From: an uncultured Pirellulales bacterium | Lineage (GTDB): Bacteria; Planctomycetota; Phycisphaerae; Sedimentisphaerales; Anaerobacaceae | Assembly: GCA_964538525.1 (NCBI GenBank) | Contig: CAZIED010000001.1 | Coordinates: 1 to 39,919 of the forward strand | DNA: 39,919 bases | Direction of reading: 5' to 3' | Part shown: piece by piece, positions 9,329 through 20,530 of the stretch | Layout of the letters: every line of letters starts with the position of its first letter | Numbering within the stretch: the stretch's first letter is position 1 | Position numbers and translations under genes: made by a program | The notes under the pieces: generated by a model | Database searches by the model: none | What the model saw: only the letters and a program-made list of their open reading frames with translations | What the model was told of the DNA's origin: nothing

Positions 9329-9355
9329 TAAAGATGTCACAGGGCGATTTACAAT

Positions 9356-10036
9356 ATGAGATTAAGAGGCAAGAGATACAAAAAAGAGCTGCAACAGGCC
9401 GGCGATGAGCAGATGAGCCTGGCTGATGCGGTTGCGAAGGTAAAAACCTTTAACTCGGTTAAGTTCGACCAGAGCATACGGTGTGTATTGCACCTGGGCA
9501 TCGATACCAAGCAGGCCGAGCAGCTTGTTCGCGGCTCAATATCTTTACCTCACGGGATAGGCAAGCAAAAAAAGGTTATAGCCTTTTGCGAAGAAGCCGC
9601 TGTTGAGTCCGCTAAAAAGGCCGGGGCTATTGAGGCCGGATGCGATGATTTGATTAAAAGAGTCTCCGATGGCTGGATGGATTTCGATGTGGCCATAGCC
9701 TCGCCGAAGGTGATGGCAAAAGTAAGCAAGCTTGGCCGACTTCTTGGTCCGCAGGGCAAGATGCCTTCACCCAAAAACGGGACGGTGACCGAAAATATAG
9801 ATACGGCTATTGCCGAGTTTACCGCAGGAAAGGCGGAATTTAAAAATGATGCCGGCGGCAACGTGCATCTGGTCGTCGGCAAGCAGAGCTTTGATGCAAA
9901 TAAACTAATAGAAAATATCGAAGCATTTGTCTCACACATAAAGAAGATTAAACCACAAACGGCAAAGGGCACATATATAAAGAGGATGTGCATATCTGCA
10001 GCTATGAGCCCTGCCATAGATGTTATTGTTTCATAG
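9356..10036 (+). CDS. rplA: 50S ribosomal protein L1
   Basis: 226 aa; GKRYKK...FDQSIRCVLHLGIDTKQAEQLVRGSISLPHGIGK...GPQGKMPSPKNGTVT is the L1 pattern. Follows rplK. Confidence 0.95.
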   Translation: MRLRGKRYKKELQQAGDEQMSLADAVAKVKTFNSVKFDQSIRCVLHLGIDTKQAEQLVRGSISLPHGIGKQKKVIAFCEEAAVESAKKAGAIEAGCDDLIKRVSDGWMDFDVAIASPKVMAKVSKLGRLLGPQGKMPSPKNGTVTENIDTAIAEFTAGKAEFKNDAGGNVHLVVGKQSFDANKLIENIEAFVSHIKKIKPQTAKGTYIKRMCISAAMSPAIDVIVS

Positions 10037-10087
10037 CCGGCTGGTTTTTCAGCGTTCGGTTGGATTCTGTATATTAACAGGTGAAAG

Positions 10088-10621
10088 ATGAGCAAATACG
10101 TAAAAGGATTATTGCAGGCTGAGCTGGAAAAGAAAATAGCCAACGAAGGTATTAAAGATTTTTTGATCGTAAGCACCGTTGGTATCAACGGTATCAATAA
10201 CAATCTGATGCGAGGCGAGCTGAAGAAAAAGGGCATGAGGCTGCTGGTGGTGAAGAATTCGCTTATTAAAAAGGTTCTGCTTAACTGCAAGTTGGAAAAG
10301 GCGCTGGAGCTGTTTAATGGTCCCTGCGCTATTGCTTATGGTGGTGACAGCATTGTAGATCTGGCCAAAGAGTTTACTGAGTGGCGCAGAAAACTTCAGG
10401 CAATAGAGATTAAGGGAGCCTTTCTTGATAATTCAGCTTTAGATGCCAAGGCAGCCGAGGCGATTGCCAGGATGCCCACGCGTGCGGAGCTGCAGGGCCA
10501 GATTGTCACTCTGATATGCTCGCCCGCCGCAAGATTGGCTGGTTGTTTTGGCGCTCCTGCTGCAGTTATCGCTGGTTGTATCAAGACCATTATTGAAAAG
10601 GCTGAAAAGCAGGCGGCTTGA
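10088..10621 (+). CDS. rplJ: 50S ribosomal protein L10
   Basis: 177 aa; ...[19 protein letters not shown]...GPCAIAYG... is the L10 pattern. Positioned between rplA and rplL. Confidence 0.92.
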   Translation: MSKYVKGLLQAELEKKIANEGIKDFLIVSTVGINGINNNLMRGELKKKGMRLLVVKNSLIKKVLLNCKLEKALELFNGPCAIAYGGDSIVDLAKEFTEWRRKLQAIEIKGAFLDNSALDAKAAEAIARMPTRAELQGQIVTLICSPAARLAGCFGAPAAVIAGCIKTIIEKAEKQAA

Positions 10622-10722
10622 ACAAAATTTAAGGTTGCCTGTATGGTTGCCCCGGCAACGGGTTAAACGGAACTGTGGTGTTTCGGCTACCATCAGGCGT
10701 TGCTTAATAGGAGTTAATACAA

Positions 10723-11160
10723 ATGGCAGAAGAAGCAAAGAAAGAAGAAGCACAACAGTCGGGGACAAAATGGAGCAGCGGTATTAAGAAGCTCGGCGAT
10801 GAGATAGTAAAGCTGTCACTGATGCAGGCAAAAGAGCTTGCGGATTATCTCAAGCAGGAATATGGGATAGAGCCGGCTGCGGGTGGTGCCGTCATGATGG
10901 CAGGCCCGGCTGCGGCGGCAGGTGCAGCTCCTGAAGAATCTAAGGAGAAAACCATCTTTGATATAGTTCTGAAGGGATTTGGGGATAAGAAGATACAGGT
11001 TATCAAGGAGGTAAGGGCCTTGACGGGGCTGGGATTGAAAGAGGCAAAAGACCTCGTGGAAGGTGTTCCGAAGACCGTCAAGAAGGGACTTACGAAGGAA
11101 GAGGCTGAAAACGCAAAAAAGCAGCTTGAAGCAGCAGGTGCCGTAGTTGAGCTGGCGTAA
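10723..11160 (+). CDS. rplL: 50S ribosomal protein L7/L12
   Basis: 145 aa. It has an Ala-rich hinge ([15 protein letters not shown]) and a C-terminal domain [47 protein letters not shown] ~20-aa acidic/lysine N-terminal extension precedes the usual dimerisation helix. Confidence 0.93.
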   Translation: MAEEAKKEEAQQSGTKWSSGIKKLGDEIVKLSLMQAKELADYLKQEYGIEPAAGGAVMMAGPAAAAGAAPEESKEKTIFDIVLKGFGDKKIQVIKEVRALTGLGLKEAKDLVEGVPKTVKKGLTKEEAENAKKQLEAAGAVVELA

Positions 11161-11204
11161 ACTCATAACCACCGCAGGGTATCTTTTAATTGTGGGAGGC
11201 AAAG

Positions 11205-14200
11205 ATGCTTCAACAAACTGTTCGTAATTTTGGAAAAGTTCGGGAGACGGTTGAAATCCCGGACCTCGTAGCGATACAAAAAGCCAGTTTTGAGCGCTTC
11301 TTGCAGATAGATGTGCCCCAGGAGAAAAGAAAGTGCATCGGTTTGGATGCTCTGTTTCGTGAGACGTTCCCTATAGAAAGCTACGATAAGAAGATGACAT
11401 TGGAGTACCTTTACTATGAGCTGGAGAAACCCCACTACACAGCTACGGAGTGCCGGCAGCTCAGATTGACTTATGCCTACCCTTTGAAGGTTCATTGTCG
11501 GCTGCGAAGCGACGCCGGCGAGGATTTGGCCGAGCAGGGAATATACCTCGGTGAAATCCCGGTTATGATAGGGGGCGGTGAGTTTATCATCAACGGCGCC
11601 GTCCGTGTGATAGTTAGTCAGCTTCACCGCAGTCCCGGTGTTGATTTTGTTATCGAGAGCAAAGAAGGCGATAGAGTGCTTCACGGCGGAAGAATCATTC
11701 CTGAACGTGGAAGCTGGATTGAGATAGGAGTTACGCAGAAGGATATAATTATTGTAAAAATTGACCAGTCCAGTAAAATACCGGCAACAATTTTTTTACG
11801 CTCCATCAGTCCTGAATATGGTGCTAATGAGCAGATATTGCGTTTATTTTATCCGACGAAGATTGTGCCGGTGGATAAGCTGTCACCGTCTATGTGGTCG
11901 GTGGAGCGGATTGTTGACACGCAAACCGGCGAAATCCTGGTAAAGGCCGGCGCACAAATAAGCGACAGGATTTCTTCGATACAGCAAAAAAGCGGTCTGA
12001 AAAAAGTCGAAATCATCGAGGATGTTCGAGATACGCTTATTTTAAACACCCTTGCCGAAGATGATTGTCAGAGCCACGAGCAGGCGCTGTTAAGGTTGTA
12101 TATCAGATTAAGGCCGGGCAATCCTCCCAATAAGGATAAAGCCAAAACTTTCTTTGCCGAGAAATTTTTTGACCAAAATCGTTATCGGCTGGGCAAGGTC
12201 GGTCGATTCAGATTGAATCGTAAATTTGAGCAGAATATTGATGAAAATGAGATGACGCTTCGGCCGGAGGACTTCTTAAACACCATGAAATATATCATGG
12301 CCTTGAGAAACAACCAGGGCGAGGTTGATGATATTGACCATCTCGGAAATAGAAGGCTTAGAACCATTGATGAGCTGGCCGCTGATGAAATACGCAAAGG
12401 ACTGCTCAAGCTTCGAAAAACCATTCAGGAACGCATGAGCATCAAAAGAGATGCTCAAGAGCCGCTGAAAATTGCCGACCTTGTTAATTCCAAGAGCGTT
12501 GCCAGCAGTATTAACTATTTCTTTGGCCGAGGCGAGCTGAGCCAGGTTGTTGACCAGACTAACGCTTTAAGTCAGTTGACCCACGAAAGGAGGCTTTCTG
12601 CTCTCGGCCCCGGCGGATTGAACAGGAGGCGTGCGGGCTTTGAAGTTCGTGACGTTCATATCAGTCACTATGGCAGAATCTGTCCCATTGAAACGCCGGA
12701 AGGAACGAATATCGGATTGATTTCTTCATTGGCAATATATGCAACCGTTGATGAATACGGATTTTTGCTTACACCATATCGCAAGGTAAAGGACGGCAAG
12801 CTTACAGAGCAGGTGGTGTATATGCGAGCCGATGAGGAATTAAGGGCGATATTTGCACCACCTACCGCGGTAGATGTAGACAGCGGCAGGCTTCATAAAG
12901 GACTGGTTCTTGCCCGTAGTAAGGGTGGAGAATTATCGCACGTTTCAAACGAAGATGTTGAATACATTGATATATCACCCAAGCAGATAGTCGGCGTATC
13001 GGCTTGTCTTATTCCTTTCCTGGAGCATGATGATGCAAACCGAGCTTTGATGGGCTCGAATATGCAGCGGCAGGCAGTTCCTTTGTTAAAAACCGAGCCT
13101 CCTCTGGTTGGCACCGGCATAGAAAGTGTGGTGGGTCAATACTCAAGTATGGTCGTGCGAGCACAGAATAGCGGCGTTGTTACTTCGGTGGACTCTAACA
13201 GGATAGTTATCAATCACACCGAAGAATACAAGCTCAAGAAGTTTGAAGGTCTGAATGAAAGAACCTGCCTCAATCAAAGACCTGTCGTTGCGTTGGGTGA
13301 GAAGGTAAAGGCCGGCCAGATTATAGCCGATGGCGGGGGCACATCGCAAGGTGTGTTGGCTCTGGGTAAAAATGTTCTGGTAGGGTTTGTTTCTTTTGAC
13401 GGATTTAATTTTGAAGATGCGATTATTGTAAGCGAAAGGCTTTGCACAAAAGATACCTTTACCAGCATTCATATCGACGAATTTACCGCGGAGATTCGCG
13501 AAACCCGCCTGGGCAAGGAAGAATTTACTCGTGATATTCCAAACGTCAGCGAGAAGGCTCTGCGAAACCTTGATGAGCATGGTATAGTCCGCGAGGGGAC
13601 AAGGATTTGTCCGGGCGATATTCTGGTTGGCAAGGTTGTCCCAAAGAGCAAGACCGAGCTGACGCCGGAGGAAAAGTTGCTGCACGCCATATTCGGCAGG
13701 GCCGGGGAAGATGTCAAAAATGACTCACTGGAGCTACCCAGCGGATATGAGGGTGTGGTAATAAAGACGGAGCTATTCACCAGAAGGGGGGCTGGTACTG
13801 AAGAGCAGAAAAAAGAGCTGGCCTCTCAGGTAAAGCAGTGTGAAAAAGAGGTGCAGGACAAGCAATGTGTCATATTCAGGCAGATGATAAATGCCATACA
13901 TGAAAAGCTCGATATCAACATTATTGATCCATCCACGCGTCAAAAAGTCGGCGTCAGCACCGACGACGAGGTTATTTACGAGCAGATAGAAAACTTTGAT
14001 ATTAAGTGGGTCAAACCTGCATCGGCACGGGATGGTGTGCAAAAGACAGTTGATAAATTCTGGGCCAAGATTACGGAGCTTAAGGAGGAAAAGGATCGCA
14101 AGATAGATAGATTGAAGCATGGCGATGAGCTGCCCAGCGGTGTTATTCAGATGGCAAAGGTTTATGTGGCGATTAAAAGGACCTTGTCAATCGGCGATAA

Positions 14201-14969
14201 AATCGCCGGCAGGCATGGCAATAAGGGAGTTATCGCCAAAATTATGCCTGAAGAGGATATGCCTTTTCTTGAGGATGGCACCTCTCTTGACATATTGCTC
14301 AATCCCCTCGGTGTGCCGAGCCGAATGAATGTCGGGCAGATTCTTGAGACCCATCTTGGCTGGGTAGCTAAAGTATTGGGCTTTAATGCCGTCACGCCGG
14401 TTTTCGATGGTGCTTCTGAAGAGGATATCCAGAAGCTAAACGATGAGGCAAACGAGCTTATGAGACGGCGGAAAACAGAGCTTGAAGAAAAAGTTCAGGC
14501 ACCACCCCATGATGAGTTTTTCATAAATATCCCCAAAACACTCAAGGCTCAATTGTATGACGGCAGAACAGGTGAGCCGTTTGATCAGCAGGCGACAATC
14601 GGATATATATATATAATGAAGCTGCATCATCTTGTTGATGACAAGATTCACGCAAGGGCAACCGGCCCATACAGCTTGATTACGCAGCAGCCGTTGGGCG
14701 GCAAGGCCCGAACCGGCGGACAAAGGTTCGGCGAGATGGAGGTTTGGGCGCTGGAAGGTTACGGAGCCGCTTATACACTTCAGGAAATGCTGACCGTCAA
14801 GAGTGATGATGTAGAGGGTAGAACAAAGATTTACGAATCTATGGTCAAGGGACAAAACACCCTCGAAGCAGGGACGCCTCTATCTTTTGACGTTTTGTGC
14901 AATGAAATAAGAGGGTTGGGGTTAAATATCCAGCTTGAAAAGAAAAAACTTGGAAGCTTCGCTCTATAG
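11205..14969 (+). CDS. rpoB: DNA-directed RNA polymerase beta subunit
   Basis: ~1254 aa, with hallmark motifs SQLSQFMDQTN-like ([29 protein letters not shown]), [17 protein letters not shown] and [15 protein letters not shown] at 11194-11199 precedes ATG 11205; the track start at 11190 is judged an extension. Confidence 0.97.
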   Translation: MLQQTVRNFGKVRETVEIPDLVAIQKASFERFLQIDVPQEKRKCIGLDALFRETFPIESYDKKMTLEYLYYELEKPHYTATECRQLRLTYAYPLKVHCRLRSDAGEDLAEQGIYLGEIPVMIGGGEFIINGAVRVIVSQLHRSPGVDFVIESKEGDRVLHGGRIIPERGSWIEIGVTQKDIIIVKIDQSSKIPATIFLRSISPEYGANEQILRLFYPTKIVPVDKLSPSMWSVERIVDTQTGEILVKAGAQISDRISSIQQKSGLKKVEIIEDVRDTLILNTLAEDDCQSHEQALLRLYIRLRPGNPPNKDKAKTFFAEKFFDQNRYRLGKVGRFRLNRKFEQNIDENEMTLRPEDFLNTMKYIMALRNNQGEVDDIDHLGNRRLRTIDELAADEIRKGLLKLRKTIQERMSIKRDAQEPLKIADLVNSKSVASSINYFFGRGELSQVVDQTNALSQLTHERRLSALGPGGLNRRRAGFEVRDVHISHYGRICPIETPEGTNIGLISSLAIYATVDEYGFLLTPYRKVKDGKLTEQVVYMRADEELRAIFAPPTAVDVDSGRLHKGLVLARSKGGELSHVSNEDVEYIDISPKQIVGVSACLIPFLEHDDANRALMGSNMQRQAVPLLKTEPPLVGTGIESVVGQYSSMVVRAQNSGVVTSVDSNRIVINHTEEYKLKKFEGLNERTCLNQRPVVALGEKVKAGQIIADGGGTSQGVLALGKNVLVGFVSFDGFNFEDAIIVSERLCTKDTFTSIHIDEFTAEIRETRLGKEEFTRDIPNVSEKALRNLDEHGIVREGTRICPGDILVGKVVPKSKTELTPEEKLLHAIFGRAGEDVKNDSLELPSGYEGVVIKTELFTRRGAGTEEQKKELASQVKQCEKEVQDKQCVIFRQMINAIHEKLDINIIDPSTRQKVGVSTDDEVIYEQIENFDIKWVKPASARDGVQKTVDKFWAKITELKEEKDRKIDRLKHGDELPSGVIQMAKVYVAIKRTLSIGDKIAGRHGNKGVIAKIMPEEDMPFLEDGTSLDILLNPLGVPSRMNVGQILETHLGWVAKVLGFNAVTPVFDGASEEDIQKLNDEANELMRRRKTELEEKVQAPPHDEFFINIPKTLKAQLYDGRTGEPFDQQATIGYIYIMKLHHLVDDKIHARATGPYSLITQQPLGGKARTGGQRFGEMEVWALEGYGAAYTLQEMLTVKSDDVEGRTKIYESMVKGQNTLEAGTPLSFDVLCNEIRGLGLNIQLEKKKLGSFAL

Positions 14970-15016
14970 AATTGGTTATGCTTTGTAGAAATGACAGTGG
15001 GTCTTTTCTATAGAGC
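14961..15016. repeat. 11-bp perfect inverted repeat (two copies of palindrome TCTATAGA) bracketing the rpoB stop / rpoB-rpoC spacer
   Basis: GCTCTATAGAA (14961-14971, includes the rpoB TAG stop) and TTCTATAGAGC (15006-15016) are exact reverse complements separated by 34 nt. Each arm contains the self-complementary octamer TCTATAGA. Confidence 0.85.
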
Positions 15017-15054
15017 AAATTGATTACAAAATAGTCAATTACAAGGGGCTATAA

Positions 15055-18000
15055 ATGTTGGGAAATATTTACGATCGTATAAATGATTATGGTTCGGTCA
15101 AGATCTCGTTGGCCAGTCCCAACGATATCCGCAGCTGGTCTTTCGGCGAGGTACGCAAGCCTGAGACTATTAATTACCGCACCTATCGGCCGGAAAAAGA
15201 CGGCTTATTCTGTGAGCGAATCTTTGGGCCGGAAAGAGACTGGGAATGTGCCTGCGGCAAATATAAAGGGACGAAGTTCAAAGGGATAATTTGCGACCGC
15301 TGCGGAGTCAAGGTCACGCACAGCCGTGTCCGCCGCAAAAGAATGGGACATATTAATCTGGCGGCGCCGGTGGTTCATATTTGGTTTTTCAAATCCATAC
15401 CGAACCGTCTCGGCACGATTCTCGGAATGAAATCGTCCGATATGGAAAAGATTATTTACTTCCAGGATTATGTTGTTACAGATCCGGGACAAAGTCCGCT
15501 TGCAATGGGACAGCTGCTTAGCGAGGAAGAGTTCCGCGAGGCAGCGAGCAAGTACGGCAGCTCTTTTAAGGCTTCGATGGGCGCAGAGGCTATCAAGGCA
15601 TTGTTGGAAAAACTCGATTTGGAGGCTGTTAGCGCGCAGCTAAGGCGTGACATAGCCAAGACAAGCAGTGCCCAGAAGGTCAGAGACCTCACAAAGCGGC
15701 TCAAAACGGTTAATGAGCTGATTAACAGTAAAAATAAGGCTGACTGGATGGTGCTTGAAGCTGTTCCTGTTATTCCGCCGGATTTGCGTCCGTTAGTGCT
15801 TCTTGAGAGGGATAATTTTGCAACCAGTGATTTGAATGACCTTTATCGGCGAATAATAAATCGAAACAACCGCTTGAAAAAGCTGATGGACCTTAATGCG
15901 CCGGAAGTGATTATTCGCAACGAGAAGCGCATGCTGCAGCAGGCGGTTGATTCGCTGCTGGACAATTCAAGATGTCGAAGACCTGTTTTGGGCAGTAATA
16001 ATCGACCCTTAAAATCCTTGACCGACATGATTAAAGGAAAGCAGGGCCGATTCCGTGAAAACCTGCTCGGAAAGCGGGTGGATTACTCCGCCCGGTCTGT
16101 AATTGTAGTAGGGCCGAATCTGCAATTGTACCAGTGCGGTCTTCCTAAAAAAATAGCTTTGGAGCTGTATCAGCCTTTTATCATTCGCAGGCTCAAGCAG
16201 CATGGTATTGCCGATACTATCAAGTCTGCCAAACGGATGATAGAAAGACGTGACGATATAATCTGGGATATTCTGGAGGAAGTTATACATCAGCATCCCG
16301 TGCTGCTTAACCGTGCTCCCACGCTGCACCGTATGGGCGTTCAGGCTTTTGAGCCGATCCTTGTGGAAGGTAATGCCATCATGCTTCATCCGCTGGCCTG
16401 CAAAGGATTCAATGCCGATTTCGACGGCGACCAAATGGCGGTGCATTTGCCCTTGAGTGTTGAAGCGCAGGCGGAAACGCATATTTTAATGATGACTATA
16501 GCCAATATTTTTTCACCTGCCAACGGCTCTCCGATGGTCGGGCCTTCCCAGGATATGGTGATGGGTAACTATTACCTGACAATTATGCCTGAAGAATTGC
16601 ACCCAAGAAGTGCTGATTCTCGACCGGAATTCCAAGAGCGGTCCGCTATGGGCGGAAAGCTTTTTAGAGATACTTTTGAGGCCATGATGGCTTATGAGAT
16701 GGGTAAAATTGGTTTGCATGATAAAATCAAAGTGCGTATCTCAAAACGGCTTTCCAAGCAGGAAAAGCCGTCTTCGGGGTATAAAGTAATTGAGACAACC
16801 GCTGGAAGATGTATATTCAATGACATACTGCCTGAAAGTATGGCGTTTTACAATATGACGATGGCTCAGAAGAAATTGAGCCAGGTAATATCCGATTGTT
16901 TCGAATTTGCAGGTTCCGCTGCGACAATAGACCTTCTGGACAGGATAAAGAACCTCGGCTTTAAGTATGCTACACTTGCAGGTTTGAGCTTTGGTCTTAC
17001 TGACTTGAAAATACCGGTAAAGAAGGCAGAGATTATTGGCGAGACAGAGAAAAAGGTCGGCAAGATCCAGAAAAATTATAGTGAAGGCGTCTTGACCGAC
17101 CGGGAAAGGTACAATCAGGTTATAGATGCCTGGACTAATGCCCGCGTAGCGGTTACCAACGAAATGATACGCGGCCTTAAAGAAGATACTAAAGAAGATG
17201 GTTCACCATACCTGAATCCTATATATCTTATGACCGATTCCGGCGCCAGAGGAAGCATCGACCAGATTCAGCAGCTTGCAGGGATGCGAGCCTTAATGGC
17301 CAAACCCAGCGGCGAGATCATCGAGACGCCCATCAAATCTAACTTCCGTGAGGGATTGACCGTTCTTGAATATTTTAGCTCCACGCATGGAGCGCGTAAG
17401 GGACTGGCTGATACGGCTCTAAAGACCGCTAATTCTGGTTATCTTACCCGCAAGCTTATTGACGTAGCCCAAAATGTAATCATTATTGAGCGGGATTGCC
17501 AGACCCTGCAGGGAATTACCAAAAGTATGGTCAGCAGAGGCGAACAGATCGATATTCCTCTCTCACAGCTTATTATAGGAAGAACTGCCAGAGATAATAT
17601 CCGCAACCCGATTACCGATGAGATGATTGTTCGTGAGAACGAGGTTATAACCCCGGAATCGGCGGCGAAGATTGAAGCTTTAGGCCTTGATGCCATCAGA
17701 GTCAGAAGCCCGTTGACTTGTGATAGCCCGTTTGGAATATGCGCGAAATGTTTTGGCTGGGATTTGAGCACCGGCCGATTGGTCGAGGAAGGTTCGGCTG
17801 TAGGTATCATTGCGGCACAATCAATTGGTGAGCCCGGCACACAATTGACACTCCGCACGTTCCATACCGGCGGTGTCGCTTCAAGAGCTATTCTGGAGCG
17901 TGAGCAGAAAGCCACCTATAACGGAAAGGTTCAGTATCGTGATATCAATGCCGTTTCCTTTGAGCTTGGTGATGGTATTTCACAGATAGTGGCACTGAAG

Positions 18001-19431
18001 CGTAATGGTGAAATGTTAATTCTTGATGTAAAGGACCGAGAGCTTGATAGGTTCAAAGTGCCTTATGGCGGCATCATTTTGGTCAAGGATGGTCAGAAGG
18101 TAAAAGCTGGAACTACCCTGTTCAGATGGGACCCGCACCGTACGCCGATTTTGGCTGAGGTGCCGGGTATTATTCGGTTTGTGGATATTGTGGAAGGTGA
18201 AACAGTTCAGACAGAAGAATTGAAGATTAAAAGTTCAAAACCAAGAACCAAAGATTCGGAACAGGATATCGCTGCGAAAGAGCCGAGAATTGTGGAAAGA
18301 CCCGTTGTGATCGAGCACAAAGGCGACAAACATCCACAAATTATTATAGAAGATGCCAGCGGCAAAATTCTTGATGTGCACTACCTGCCTGCGGGAGCAA
18401 GAATCGAGGTGGTCGAGGGCGAGCGTGTACAGGCAGGCCAGCTGCTTGCTCATCAGCCCAGAGCAACCGGCGGTACTCAGGACATCACCGGAGGTTTGCC
18501 TCGTGTCACCGAAGTATTTGAGGCCCGCAAGCCCAAAGACCCTGCAGCTATGGGTGAAATTAGCGGCCGAGTTGAGCTGCGAAGCGACAAGCGAAAAGGT
18601 AAAATGACCATCATCATTCGCTCCGAATCGGGTATGGAGAAGGAGCATCACGTGCCGCGCGACAGACATTTGAATGTTCACGCAGGCGATATGGTGGAAG
18701 CCGGCGATTCCTTGACGGATGGGCCATTAGTCCCTCATGATATTCTGCGAATCAAGGGTGAGGAAGCACTGCAGAGATATTTAATTGCGGAAGTTCAGAA
18801 TGTTTATCGTTCCCAAAATGTCAATATCAACGATAAACATATTGAGATCATCACCTCGCAGATGATGCGAAAAGTTGAGATTGATTCTGTAGGTGACAGC
18901 TCATTTTTGCCGGGCGAGGTTGTTGATAAGTTCGTGTTCCGAAGAGAAAATGAAAGATTGACTAATTCAATCAAGATCGCCAATGTTGGAGATGCAACAG
19001 AAATTCGTGAAGGTCAGATTATCGATAAAAAAGACCTTGCAACTATCAATGAGCGGATAGACTCGCTGGGCGGGGTAAAAGCTGTGGGTAAAAAACCTAA
19101 GCCGGTAACTGCCAAGACCCTGCTTTTGGGAATAACCAAAGCTTCATTGTGGTCCGACAGCTTTATTGCTGCAGCCAGCTTCCAGGAGACAACTAAGGTC
19201 TTGACGGAGGCTTCATTGGCTGGTAGAGTAGATGAATTGCACGGTTTGAAGGAAAATGTGATACTGGGACATCTTATTCCTGCCGGCACTGCCTTTAAGC
19301 CGTATCTCGAAATGAAGGTTAAACATCTTACTGAGGCGCCATTGCCGAAGGAGTTTGAAGAGGTTAAAGAAGTTAAGGAAGCAGAAGCCAGAGCTGATGC
19401 TGCCGTAAAGGAAGCATTGGGTATAAGTTGA
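15055..19431 (+). CDS. rpoC: DNA-directed RNA polymerase beta' subunit
   Basis: 1458 aa. It has the zinc-binding motif CxCGKY...CDRCGV and the catalytic [12 protein letters not shown] motif, and it follows rpoB. Confidence 0.97.
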   Translation: MLGNIYDRINDYGSVKISLASPNDIRSWSFGEVRKPETINYRTYRPEKDGLFCERIFGPERDWECACGKYKGTKFKGIICDRCGVKVTHSRVRRKRMGHINLAAPVVHIWFFKSIPNRLGTILGMKSSDMEKIIYFQDYVVTDPGQSPLAMGQLLSEEEFREAASKYGSSFKASMGAEAIKALLEKLDLEAVSAQLRRDIAKTSSAQKVRDLTKRLKTVNELINSKNKADWMVLEAVPVIPPDLRPLVLLERDNFATSDLNDLYRRIINRNNRLKKLMDLNAPEVIIRNEKRMLQQAVDSLLDNSRCRRPVLGSNNRPLKSLTDMIKGKQGRFRENLLGKRVDYSARSVIVVGPNLQLYQCGLPKKIALELYQPFIIRRLKQHGIADTIKSAKRMIERRDDIIWDILEEVIHQHPVLLNRAPTLHRMGVQAFEPILVEGNAIMLHPLACKGFNADFDGDQMAVHLPLSVEAQAETHILMMTIANIFSPANGSPMVGPSQDMVMGNYYLTIMPEELHPRSADSRPEFQERSAMGGKLFRDTFEAMMAYEMGKIGLHDKIKVRISKRLSKQEKPSSGYKVIETTAGRCIFNDILPESMAFYNMTMAQKKLSQVISDCFEFAGSAATIDLLDRIKNLGFKYATLAGLSFGLTDLKIPVKKAEIIGETEKKVGKIQKNYSEGVLTDRERYNQVIDAWTNARVAVTNEMIRGLKEDTKEDGSPYLNPIYLMTDSGARGSIDQIQQLAGMRALMAKPSGEIIETPIKSNFREGLTVLEYFSSTHGARKGLADTALKTANSGYLTRKLIDVAQNVIIIERDCQTLQGITKSMVSRGEQIDIPLSQLIIGRTARDNIRNPITDEMIVRENEVITPESAAKIEALGLDAIRVRSPLTCDSPFGICAKCFGWDLSTGRLVEEGSAVGIIAAQSIGEPGTQLTLRTFHTGGVASRAILEREQKATYNGKVQYRDINAVSFELGDGISQIVALKRNGEMLILDVKDRELDRFKVPYGGIILVKDGQKVKAGTTLFRWDPHRTPILAEVPGIIRFVDIVEGETVQTEELKIKSSKPRTKDSEQDIAAKEPRIVERPVVIEHKGDKHPQIIIEDASGKILDVHYLPAGARIEVVEGERVQAGQLLAHQPRATGGTQDITGGLPRVTEVFEARKPKDPAAMGEISGRVELRSDKRKGKMTIIIRSESGMEKEHHVPRDRHLNVHAGDMVEAGDSLTDGPLVPHDILRIKGEEALQRYLIAEVQNVYRSQNVNINDKHIEIITSQMMRKVEIDSVGDSSFLPGEVVDKFVFRRENERLTNSIKIANVGDATEIREGQIIDKKDLATINERIDSLGGVKAVGKKPKPVTAKTLLLGITKASLWSDSFIAAASFQETTKVLTEASLAGRVDELHGLKENVILGHLIPAGTAFKPYLEMKVKHLTEAPLPKEFEEVKEVKEAEARADAAVKEALGIS

Positions 19432-19464
19432 TTGTTAATATATTTAAGGTAAGAAGAAAAAGTT

Positions 19465-19836
19465 ATGCCAACGATAAACCAGTTAGTAAGAAGGCCAAGA
19501 GCGAAATCAAAGGGTAAAAAGCGAGTCTCTGATATTAGCGGTTCGCCACAAAAAAGGGGCGTATGTCTGATAGTCAGGACTCAAACGCCCAAAAAACCCA
19601 ACTCAGCTTTGCGAAAAGTTGCCCGTGTGAGATTGACAAACGGCAAAGAGGTCACCTCCTATATACCTGGCGTTGACCATAATCTCCAGGAGCACAGCAC
19701 GGTTCTGATTCGTGGTGGCCGTGTGAGGGATTTGCCGGGTGTTCGATATCATATCATCCGTGGAGTTCTTGACTGTGCAGGTGTAGCCAATCGAAAACGT
19801 GGTAGAAGCAAATACGGTGCAAAAAGGGGAAAATAG
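19465..19836 (+). CDS. rpsL: 30S ribosomal protein S12
   Basis: [12 protein letters not shown]...[54 protein letters not shown] is canonical S12. Confidence 0.97.
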   Translation: MPTINQLVRRPRAKSKGKKRVSDISGSPQKRGVCLIVRTQTPKKPNSALRKVARVRLTNGKEVTSYIPGVDHNLQEHSTVLIRGGRVRDLPGVRYHIIRGVLDCAGVANRKRGRSKYGAKRGK

Positions 19837-19842
19837 CTCATT

Positions 19843-19904
19843 GTTCATAGCTCGTAGTTCATCGATGGGTGACCCCGCTTCGCGGGAACCCAACTATGAA
19901 CTGC
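19843..19904 (+). promoter_or_regulatory. Structured rpsL-rpsG intercistronic RNA (candidate S7 autoregulatory site)
   Basis: The right arm CTATGAACT (19894-19902) can pair with either GTTCATAG (19843-19850) or AGTTCAT (19856-19862). Inner helices are TGGGT/ACCCA (19866-70/19888-92) and CCCGC/GCGGG (19874-78/19882-86). In E. coli, S7 represses translation by binding the S12-S7 spacer. Confidence 0.4.
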
Positions 19905-19921
19905 CAACTCAGGACTAAATT

Positions 19922-20392
19922 ATGAAAAAGTGGACTTCTTCAATCCAACAGTTAAAACCTGACCCTAAATACGATAGTAAGTTAGTTTCGAAGTTCATCA
20001 ACTGTATGATGTGGGAAGGCAAAAAAAACATTACACAGCAGATTTTTTATGATGCTATGGATATTGTATCCAAGAAGATAACGGATGTTCCGCCTTTTGA
20101 GGTATTTGAAAAGGCGGTAAATAATGTAAAACCGCTGCTGGAAGTTCGCAGCAAACGTATAGGTGGAGCCAGCTATCAGGTGCCTATGCCGGTCAATTCC
20201 AGACGCCAGCAATCGCTTTCCTTTAGATGGATAATACAATCGGCTCGATCCAAGAAGGGAAAACCGATGCGGGAGCGTCTGGCTTCTGAATTGATGGATG
20301 CTTATAATGGCCAGGGCGGAGCTATGACAACACGTGAGAATATCCATAAAATGGCCGAAGCCAATAAAGCGTTTGCGCACTTTGCATGGTAA
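19922..20392 (+). CDS. rpsG: 30S ribosomal protein S7
   Basis: 156 aa; PDPKYDSKLVSKFINCMMWEGKKNITQQIFYDA...VEVRSKRIGGASYQVP...ENIHKMAEANKAFAHF.W is the S7 pattern. Confidence 0.95.
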   Translation: MKKWTSSIQQLKPDPKYDSKLVSKFINCMMWEGKKNITQQIFYDAMDIVSKKITDVPPFEVFEKAVNNVKPLLEVRSKRIGGASYQVPMPVNSRRQQSLSFRWIIQSARSKKGKPMRERLASELMDAYNGQGGAMTTRENIHKMAEANKAFAHFAW

Positions 20393-20438
20393 AACGATAA
20401 CTCGTGACCCGTGCCCAGTCACGAGTCACGAGCCAAAA

Positions 20439-20475
20439 GCCACGAGTCATAAGTATGACCGTGGCAGTTTTTTTT
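20439..20475 (+). terminator. Rho-independent terminator between rpsG and fusA
   Basis: Stem GCCACG-A-GTCAT (20439-20450) pairs with ATGAC-CGTGGC (20455-20465): 11 bp with one bulge and loop AAGT. After AG it is followed by eight consecutive T (20468-20475). Confidence 0.65.
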
Positions 20476-20530
20476 ATATTATCGATGTTTTTTAAGCTGG
20501 ATTGCTTGATGAAGTATATGAGTTATTAAA

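Noticed and set aside
9550-10290. 246-aa minus-strand ORF
   Set aside because: It is entirely antisense to rplA and rplJ, which are unambiguous. The translation is low-complexity (Ser/Phe/Ile-rich) with no recognisable motif. This is typical of a shadow ORF opposite a highly expressed gene.
10548-10787. 79-aa plus-strand ORF bridging the rplJ-rplL spacer
   Set aside because: It is out of frame with, and overlaps, both L10 and L7/L12. Its Arg-rich translation is typical of an alternative frame.
11163-14855. Several minus-strand ORFs (11163-11684, 13143-13685, 13469-13780, 13773-14120, 14436-14855)
   Set aside because: All are antisense to rpoB, have no motifs and no independent start context. 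They are shadow ORFs.
15205-19289. Minus-strand and nested plus-strand ORFs within rpoC (for example 16009-16482, 17439-17915, 18235-18681)
   Set aside because: They overlap the conserved rpoC reading frame and have no recognisable domains.
20476-20530. Possible dedicated fusA promoter downstream of the terminator (TTGCTT at 20502-20507, with TATTAA at 20524-20529)
   Set aside because: The -10 candidate ends 1-2 nt before the ATG, so the transcription start would fall inside the coding sequence. I found no better-spaced hexamers, which leaves read-through of the terminator as the more likely route.
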